64,000 nt of DNA from a virus. The stretch is taken from IMG/VR virus record IMGVR_UViG_3300044695_005266, positions 2,767 to 66,766 of that record; one strand, 5' to 3'. The first letter of the stretch is position 1; each line of letters begins with the position of its first letter. Below are positions 57,865 to 64,000 of the stretch, one piece after another. A program made the position numbers and the translations under genes. Below the pieces are notes generated by a model. It ran no database searches. It saw nothing but the letters and a program-made list of their open reading frames with translations, and was not told the origin of the DNA.

Positions 57865-58265
57865 TTGGTCGCTCCTTTCAAGGCTGCGCGTGCGGGCTTC
57901 ATCACCCCGTTTTCATATTCGTTCAACTCACTGAATATGTCGCGGATTTTTCCCGTGGGGCGGTGCTTTTCAAGATACTGCACAGCGGCGGCGAGCGCAT
58001 CCCGCAACGCTTTGATCTCTGCTCTCTGTGTCTCTGTATGCGAGAAAAGACTTGCGACAAGCGTGCAAAGTTGATCCTCTGTTTCCGTATCGGTGGCGAA
58101 TGCGTCCTCTAATACCTCGCGCAAAAGCGTTTCATCTGCTCCGGGTATCGCTGCGATCTCCGGCGTGTGACCGGGTGAAGCGGGCGCGGTGTCCCCGCCA
58201 GTAACGCGATCTGTTGTGCTGTCTCCGGCGATCTGCTGGTAGCTTTTCTGTGATGTGGTTTTCAT
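57861..58265 (-). CDS. Hypothetical early protein
   Basis: Coupled ORF with an A/C-rich leader. Confidence 0.6.
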   Translation of the reverse strand: MKTTSQKSYQQIAGDSTTDRVTGGDTAPASPGHTPEIAAIPGADETLLREVLEDAFATDTETEDQLCTLVASLFSHTETQRAEIKALRDALAAAVQYLEKHRPTGKIRDIFSELNEYENGVMKPARAALKGATK

Positions 58266-58301
58266 TGTTGTGGTGTTGTTGTGTTGTTGTGTTGTTGTTG
58301 T

Positions 58302-58493
58302 TTAGTGCTGGGGTGAAAGGGTTTTGTGGTAGGTCAATGGCCGGATCGCGTTCGGCTGTGCTGGAATCTTCCAAGTGCCGCAAATTACCCGGACGTAATC
58401 GCCGCAAAAGTCTGACATTTTCCAGAGCACTCCCCGCCCATCGCGGAAGTGGGTTGCTGCGGGTGCATAGGTTGCGCGGGTGCTTGTTGTCAT
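58302..58493 (-). CDS. Hypothetical early protein
   Basis: 63-aa coupled ORF. Confidence 0.5.
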   Translation of the reverse strand: MTTSTRATYAPAATHFRDGRGVLWKMSDFCGDYVRVICGTWKIPAQPNAIRPLTYHKTLSPQH

Positions 58494-58708
58494 CGGGTTG
58501 CCTCCTGTGCTTTGCGCTCTAGTGCATCGGCAATCTCGTTCCGAATCTGGCGGCGTTTGCGGGTGTAGCGTTCGGGGGTTCCGCGATATACTCCGAAAAG
58601 GAAAGCAAGCCCCGCCTGCGTTATTAGTTCAAGGGTTGAAACGTGGTTCGTGTCGCTGCTGTTGCGTCGGAAAATGACAGCAAGGTTGCAGAGGTCGTGT
58701 GATTTCAT
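58490..58708 (-). CDS. Hypothetical early protein
   Basis: 72-aa ORF with an A/C-rich leader. Confidence 0.55.
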   Translation of the reverse strand: MKSHDLCNLAVIFRRNSSDTNHVSTLELITQAGLAFLFGVYRGTPERYTRKRRQIRNEIADALERKAQEATR

Positions 58709-58805
58709 GGTCGTGGTGGATGTGGTGTTGCTTCGGTTGCTGGGTTTATCCGGCCCCGCTGCCGCCCTTCGCCTCGGTGACCGGGGAAAAGGGCGGGGTG
58801 CGGGG

Positions 58806-59804
58806 CTAGTATTTCGGGCGATCTTGAAAGGTGAACGCGATGCCTTCGGGAAGTGCGGATCGGTCTGCTTCTGCTACTACCTGATCAAACTCGTCGCGGG
58901 TGGTCAACTTCTCCGTGCTGCTCCAGTTGAAACTGATCGTGTTGCTGTGGGTGTAGTAAATGAAGTTGCGGAAGCGCGGGAAATAGCGTTCGGCCATGTA
59001 AAGCGCAACTTGCGCGCCGCGTTGCTCCTTCTCGATCTTCTTCGCTAGGTCTGCGCGGATTTCTGCCAGCTTCGCGGATTTCTGCGCCTTTGCTTTCGCC
59101 TTGTCGCGTGCTGCGACTTGTTCGGGCGTGTAGTATCCGGAAGCGCGACGATGCTCGATCTGTGCGCGTTGTTCGGGTGTTACGGTGTCCCACAAGCCAC
59201 GGGTCGCTGTGCTCTTGAACTTTTTACCTGTCCACTGTTCCAGCATTGCGATAGCGGCATCTGCTTCGCCTTTCCATTGTGCAATGAATCCGTGATCCTC
59301 TAAGACTGCGCGGAGTTCTAGCTCCGTGCGCGGCATTGCTGCGACGATGGCGGCAACTTGTTCGTTGGTTGCGTGGATATGCTCGGCAAAAATTCGGCGG
59401 CAATCTTCCGCGCTATTTCCGCTTTTTCCGCTTCCGCCGTGATACTGCTGCCCTAGTCCGCCACTGAAACCAGCGAACCAGTAGAAAGCATTCGCTGCGC
59501 TGTGCATCGGCAAGCCTTCGTGTGTGCAAAGGTGGAGCGTCACAAAGGGCGCGAGATCGGGGCGAAGTTTCAATATTTGATCGTGACAGCATCCTGCCAT
59601 TAAATTTACCCATCTGCCGTTTTTGCGCTTCTCGTCAACGTCTGCGGTGATGCTGAAATCCTCGTGTCCGTTGTTGCATTCGTCATTGAGGCGGATTTTG
59701 ATCGTGGTGCGCTCGTTTCCGCTGATTATGGTAATGCCGTGGCGCAAGTCGTTCGTGGTGGTGGTTGCTTCGGTTGCTGGTGCTGGTGCTGTCGTTGTTT
59801 TCAT
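58806..59804 (-). CDS. Conserved-looking early protein (332 aa)
   Basis: GHEDFSITAD..GCCHDQI..LHLC potential metal site; A/C-rich leader. Confidence 0.75.
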   Translation of the reverse strand: MKTTTAPAPATEATTTTNDLRHGITIISGNERTTIKIRLNDECNNGHEDFSITADVDEKRKNGRWVNLMAGCCHDQILKLRPDLAPFVTLHLCTHEGLPMHSAANAFYWFAGFSGGLGQQYHGGSGKSGNSAEDCRRIFAEHIHATNEQVAAIVAAMPRTELELRAVLEDHGFIAQWKGEADAAIAMLEQWTGKKFKSTATRGLWDTVTPEQRAQIEHRRASGYYTPEQVAARDKAKAKAQKSAKLAEIRADLAKKIEKEQRGAQVALYMAERYFPRFRNFIYYTHSNTISFNWSSTEKLTTRDEFDQVVAEADRSALPEGIAFTFQDRPKY

Positions 59805-59852
59805 GTTGTTGCTTTTGTGGTGTTTGGTTTTGTTGTTGTTGCGCTCCAGGGG

Positions 59853-59987
59853 TTACAAGCTCGCCGCGATGATAGCGGCAAGGGTCAAAAGGGTTAAGAT
59901 GATCGCCCGGTGGATCGTTTGCGCTCTGCGATAGCTGGCGAGGTTGTGCCGGATGCGGGGTGCGGTGGTGATGGGTTTTGCGGTCAT
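59853..59987 (-). CDS. Small single-TM protein (44 aa)
   Basis: Hand-translated MTAKPITTAPRIRHNLASYRRAQTIHRAIILTLLTLAAIIAASL. Confidence 0.5.
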   Translation of the reverse strand: MTAKPITTAPRIRHNLASYRRAQTIHRAIILTLLTLAAIIAASL

Positions 59988-60202
59988 TTGTTAAGGTTTA
60001 CGAGGTTGGCGTTGATCTGCGAAAGGGTGAAACCGTAGAAGGCGGGCCGTTGGTTCCCGGCTGCATCGTAAAGCGGGATCGGTTGCGCGTGCCATTTTCC
60101 ATAGCTGGAAGTGCTGCGCGTGATGCGGTAGGTTCCGTTTGCGTAACCGATATACTCGCCACGGCGGAACGCGCTTTTGTCAATGTTGGAAAGGTCTTTC
60201 AT
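59984..60202 (-). CDS. Hypothetical early protein
   Basis: 72 aa, NIDKSAFRRGEYIGYA. Confidence 0.65.
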   Translation of the reverse strand: MKDLSNIDKSAFRRGEYIGYANGTYRITRSTSSYGKWHAQPIPLYDAAGNQRPAFYGFTLSQINANLVNLNK

Positions 60203-60223
60203 CGGGTGCGGTGGTGCGGTGGT

Positions 60224-60589
60224 TTAGTTGTTCAAAATTGCGCGGGCGGTGGCGCGGAGTGATTCGGTGTCTCGGTTGAGCTTGCGGCGTTGCTCCTCGG
60301 TTGCTGCTGTTGCTGCTGCTGTGATTTGCTTAGCCTCGCGCATCGCCTGCGCCTTGATCTGTTCAGCGTCGGCTTTCGCGTCTTCGCGGATTTGCTTCGC
60401 GTGCTGCGCTGCATGGGCCGGGAGCGCATCGGGGAAAATGTCGCTTGTGATCGCCTGTATGATTGAGGGGATCGCGTAGTTCAGCCACTCGGCAAGATAG
60501 CTGTTATCTGGCAGGGATTTGCAGAATGCGACAAGTGCGGCGATCTCCTGGCTTTTGGTGGGTGCGGTTGTTTTGGATAGTGTGATCAC
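60224..60589 (-). CDS. Hypothetical coiled-coil early protein
   Basis: Probable GTG start at 60589 after an A/C-rich leader. Confidence 0.6.
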   Translation of the reverse strand: MITLSKTTAPTKSQEIAALVAFCKSLPDNSYLAEWLNYAIPSIIQAITSDIFPDALPAHAAQHAKQIREDAKADAEQIKAQAMREAKQITAAATAATEEQRRKLNRDTESLRATARAILNN

Positions 60590-60614
60590 GGTGGTGCGGT
60601 GTTGGTTTGTTGGT

Positions 60615-60845
60615 TTAGCGGGGGGAAAGGGTTCCATTTTCAGATTCAAATGCCCAGCCCTTGCGGAATAGGAAAGCGCGGACTTTGCGGGCGTGCTTGC
60701 GGCATCGGGCGTGCTCGGCATCGGTGCGGAGTTTGGCGGGATCGGTCAAACAGTTGTAAAGATAGCATCCTCGCTCACTCTGCAAGGTGCGGTTGCTGAT
60801 TGCAGGGGTTGAACGTGAGCGGTAGAAAAGCGGTGGAAGTGTCAT
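60615..60845 (-). CDS. Hypothetical early protein
   Basis: Probable start MTLPPLFY at 60845. Confidence 0.45.
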   Translation of the reverse strand: MTLPPLFYRSRSTPAISNRTLQSERGCYLYNCLTDPAKLRTDAEHARCRKHARKVRAFLFRKGWAFESENGTLSPR

Positions 60846-60865
60846 TGCGTTAAAAGGGTTATGGT

Positions 60866-61345
60866 TTAGAGTTCGGTGATGTCTGCTACTGCGGGAGAGA
60901 CGGCGTGTGCCTTTTGCACGGCTTCGGCGTAGGTGCGGCACTTGAAGCGGCGGGTCTTTCCGTTCATGTATTCGGCAACGTAGGTTTTGCGGGTGCTGTC
61001 GTTGTTGGGCTGTGCGGTCTGTGCTGCCGTGTTGCGCTTTTCCATTTCTGCGAGATAGATCGCCTTTTGCGCTGCTATGCGCTCGGCCATCAAATCGGGA
61101 TCGCGCTCTGCGGGGTCGCCTGGCGTGAGGATGACGCAAGCTCCAAGGGCGGCTTGTTGCTGGTTGTGTTTGCGCTGCATAGCAAGCGCGGCGGCGGCGG
61201 GCTTCGCGCACTCGATCAAGTGTTGCAAAGTCTCAATGCCGTCGTGCGTGATGTGTCCGCATTTGTCGCAAGCGTGGCCGGGTGCGGGTTTGTCGCTGAT
61301 ATATGCGTCCGCTAGTATATCGGCTAGTTGGGTGGAGTGTTTCAT
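60866..61345 (-). CDS. Hypothetical early protein with CxxC
   Basis: First ORF after the leftward promoter; CDKC. Confidence 0.6.
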   Translation of the reverse strand: MKHSTQLADILADAYISDKPAPGHACDKCGHITHDGIETLQHLIECAKPAAAALAMQRKHNQQQAALGACVILTPGDPAERDPDLMAERIAAQKAIYLAEMEKRNTAAQTAQPNNDSTRKTYVAEYMNGKTRRFKCRTYAEAVQKAHAVSPAVADITEL

Positions 61346-61388
61346 AAGTGGTTTTTGTTGGTGGATGTTGAATGTTCTCACGTAGGGG

Positions 61389-61445
61389 AATCTACACGGT
61401 GCACGTCTGCCGTCAATAACTATTTCACTTTTTAACTAAAATAGT
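61389..61445 (-). promoter_or_regulatory. Sigma70-like early promoter with an UP-like AT tract
   Basis: Minus strand TTGACG-16 nt-TAGATT, preceded by an AT-rich tract. Confidence 0.55.
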
Positions 61446-61519
61446 TTAGAGCGGAAAAACAGAAACCGTGCCAAGTCGGGAAAATAGATATTCGGTCACG
61501 CTGACTATTCTGGTGCGCT

Positions 61520-62215
61520 TAGCATCGGCTGCATCGGCTGCCGTGGTGCTTCGGGTGTCGTCGTCCAGGTGCTGCCGTGGTGCTGTTGTCGCTTGTCCGG
61601 TGCTGCCGTGGTGAAGGGTGATCGGGATGCGGTGGTTTGCGTCTCCTGCTTCTTCTGCGCTGCTGCCATTTCTGCCATTTGCGGGCATACTGCATCCGAG
61701 CACCGTTCAACCGTTCATCCCCTCTGATTGTCTATCGGATTGGTAGACAATGCCGTGGGTGCTGCGTCTTTCGGGTATTTCTGCACCTGCCGCACCTGCT
61801 GATCCGTGGTCGAGCGTGGGCCGTGGATCGCTGGTCGCGCTGGTGCTGTGCTGTCCGGTGCTGGTGCTGCTCCTTATATCGGGGAGGAGCGTGTTCAGTG
61901 GATAGCTGCTGCTGTTGTCGCCTGCTGCCGCTGTCTCCTGCTGCTGGGGCTGTCCGGTGCTGGTGCTGGTGCTGTGCTGCTGCTGGGGCTGCCGTGGTGC
62001 AGGGGCTAAGGAATCCCTTTGCCCGGAGCAATGGGTGATCCACCCTAGCGGGAGGGGCGGATCAGCGGAGATGCGGTTCCGTAACACCCCTCCCGCAGAT
62101 TTTACCTCTGAAACCGTTTTCAGCGGAACCACGACAACCCGATACCGCTGCATCCCTATTACCGCTGCAACCCCGCACTCCTGCATCCCTGCTGCTCGGC
62201 AACCCTGCAACCGTG
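61520..62215. repeat. Non-coding, strand-skewed repeat-rich region
   Basis: GCTGCCGTGGTG x4, TGTCCGGTGCTG x3, 10-bp inverted repeat at 62048-62057/62087-62096. Confidence 0.65.
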
Positions 62216-62451
62216 AATACGGAGCGTCCGTTCACTTTCTTATACCGTGGTGAAGTGGAGAGCGGTTGAAGTGGATCGCGGCAACGGTGCTACGTGCAAC
62301 GGTGCAACACGACATCCCTATTCCCCGATATAGCCATGATCCGCTTCGCGTTTATGATCTACACGCGAGGGAATCTGGAAGATGGAAACGTGTCAAGATT
62401 ATATTTGTCCAACAGGGGAAAATAGATCAGGTGGTTAGGGGGATTGATTGT

Positions 62452-63036
62452 TTATATGCGTGTATTATCAACGGATGAGAGCAAGTCGTATTCAACCTGA
62501 TTTCCCCATGCAGTCCAGCCTGGTCGTTTTCGGCGGGCGAATAGTTCAAGATATGGGCCGTAACTTATGCGTTCGATTATCGAGTAAAAGCTATCGGGTT
62601 TTCTGCTATGATCTTGTTTTGGCTCCGAGATGACGCTTGAGATAGTTACTCGCTTACCAGCCTCATACCTGTATGGCATCGGCTTTCCTTTTCTGCCGAA
62701 AAGAAGCAGTTCGTGCTGGCCTCGAAAGTATTGCCCCATGCCGATTTTGTCCTTCACCCACACCAAGTTTGTTATGTAGTGAAATCCTAGCTCCTTCATT
62801 AAATCCAAGCCGTCTTGAAGTTTATTATTCACGACCCATAAATAGCAGTTAGCCTGTTCCGCTATTAGCGGCTTTACCCATTGAAGCTCTCTGATTATTT
62901 GAGGCGTAGGCATAACTTGGTAGTGCATTTGAGGCGTTCCCCATCCACCTTTTCCTCCTGTGCATATCTGCCAAGGAGGGTCTGCGAGGATGCAGCCGAA
63001 CTTACTGCCGCCGAGATCGTGGAGTAGGTTATTCAA
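62452..63036 (-). CDS. MT-A70-family N6-adenine methyltransferase
   Basis: ILADPPW, YLWV, WVK..GMGQYFRGQHELLLFG, HSRKP, ELFAR; probable TTG start at 63036. Confidence 0.9.
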   Translation of the reverse strand: MNNLLHDLGGSKFGCILADPPWQICTGGKGGWGTPQMHYQVMPTPQIIRELQWVKPLIAEQANCYLWVVNNKLQDGLDLMKELGFHYITNLVWVKDKIGMGQYFRGQHELLLFGRKGKPMPYRYEAGKRVTISSVISEPKQDHSRKPDSFYSIIERISYGPYLELFARRKRPGWTAWGNQVEYDLLSSVDNTRI

Positions 63037-63244
63037 GGAAGTTGAGTAATGGGGTTTTGCACTTTTCCAGTTCCCGGCAGGCTGCGCAGACTTTGCGGTG
63101 GTCGAGTAGCAGGGAGTCCCGTTCAAGGGATGCTGCGATGAGTTGGAGTTCAAGGGATTGGGCGAACTGGATGAAGTCGGCCTTGGTCATCAGTTGATTG
63201 TTGAGGGAAGAAAGGGCTGCGGTGGTGAGCGGGGTTGGGGTCAT
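63029..63244 (-). CDS. Small coiled-coil protein
   Basis: Start MTPTPLT coupled to the upstream stop. Confidence 0.55.
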   Translation of the reverse strand: MTPTPLTTAALSSLNNQLMTKADFIQFAQSLELQLIAASLERDSLLLDHRKVCAACRELEKCKTPLLNFLE

Positions 63245-63729
63245 AGATGGATGATTCCCTTGTGTCTGTTGCCCCAATAGAACCATGCGTAGTCTGTCGC
63301 ATCTGTCTTTCCGTTGTCCGTGAAGCATGGGCGTTTGCTCAGGACGAATAATGCGGAAGGTTCGTTTGCCTTAAACCATGCTGCTCGTTTGCGGCTGGCG
63401 AGGAAGTTGATCCGAAGCAGCATGAATACTTCGTCTGCATGAGCTACTGCGTGCTGGCAGAACTCGAAAGCGATGGAGTAGGGCGGGTTGGTGATGATGC
63501 ACTCGCGTAGGGTGTCGTCCTTTAGGAAGTCGTATCCGTTGTTTAGGTCGTTGCCGAATGCGGCTATTTTGTAATCCAGCATGGATGTGACGAGTCTTGC
63601 GTCTCCGTAGGATGGCTCCCAATGTTCGAGATTCCTGTCCAGATACGGCAAGAGCTGGGTAAATGCTGATAGTGGGGTGGCGTAGAAATCTGCTTCTCGG
63701 CGGATTGCGCCACGGTTGGTTGCGCTCAT
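63241..63729 (-). CDS. Phage DNA adenine methyltransferase (NPPY type)
   Basis: DFYATP, WEPSYGDA, IITNPPY, LLRINFL, DYAWFYW. Confidence 0.85.
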   Translation of the reverse strand: MSATNRGAIRREADFYATPLSAFTQLLPYLDRNLEHWEPSYGDARLVTSMLDYKIAAFGNDLNNGYDFLKDDTLRECIITNPPYSIAFEFCQHAVAHADEVFMLLRINFLASRKRAAWFKANEPSALFVLSKRPCFTDNGKTDATDYAWFYWGNRHKGIIHL

Positions 63730-64000
63730 TGTTCGCCTCCAAGTCTCGGTATTGCCGAGAGTTCGTTTGCTGCTTTCAGCGCGGACAATAGGCGATTGCC
63801 GTCCGAGACGGTTATCGGCTGAACAAGCCCACAGCGGCTATCCGTTGCCCGCGATTGATCTGCCGCGTAAGCCTCCGCTGCCGCCTCAAGTTCGATTAGC
63901 GCGTGTTTCAGCGCATCCCGCTCGGCCTTATCTTCTTCCCTAACTATGCTTCCATCTCGCCACATCTCCAGCTCTGCGGTGACTGCGGCGAGTTCGATGC
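63726..64000 (-). CDS. Coiled-coil phage protein, partial (ELAAVTAE type)
   Basis: Open from the window edge: IELAAVTAELEMW...ERDALK. Confidence 0.55.
   Translation of the reverse strand, partial: IELAAVTAELEMWRDGSIVREEDKAERDALKHALIELEAAAEAYAADQSRATDSRCGLVQPITVSDGNRLLSALKAANELSAIPRLGGEQ

Noticed and set aside
61446-62253. ORFs in the repeat-rich zone
   Set aside because: Low-complexity translations in several frames on both strands, with no coupling or leader signals.

Overview
The whole window is tailed-phage DNA (podovirus-like); no clear host housekeeping genes, integrase, tRNA or CRISPR were seen. The DnaB N-terminus and the A/C-rich, SD-less gene leaders suggest a Verrucomicrobia-type host (inference). 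Left part (1-27.6 kb): a leftward early operon, a Cro-like HTH, a replication initiator plus DnaC-like loader, a Zn peptidase, a large terminase fused to a CX5R phosphatase domain, a 5326-aa polyvalent protein and the portal. Middle (28-47.8 kb): lysis genes, Cys-rich tail proteins, an odd sulfotransferase-like plus citrate-synthase-like gene pair, ejection proteins and a second giant protein (2967 aa). Right part: SSB, exonuclease, a second initiator plus DnaB, a C5 methyltransferase and a RusA-like resolvase that each appear split across two overlapping reading frames, a small-terminase-like gene, a leftward early operon, a repeat-rich non-coding zone and two adenine methyltransferases. No major capsid gene is recognisable. 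Best candidates for novelty: the adjacent dual-frame split enzymes, the phosphatase-terminase fusion, the degenerate citrate synthase in the tail cluster, and two structured intergenic RNAs. All family calls come from motif recognition by eye, not from searches.
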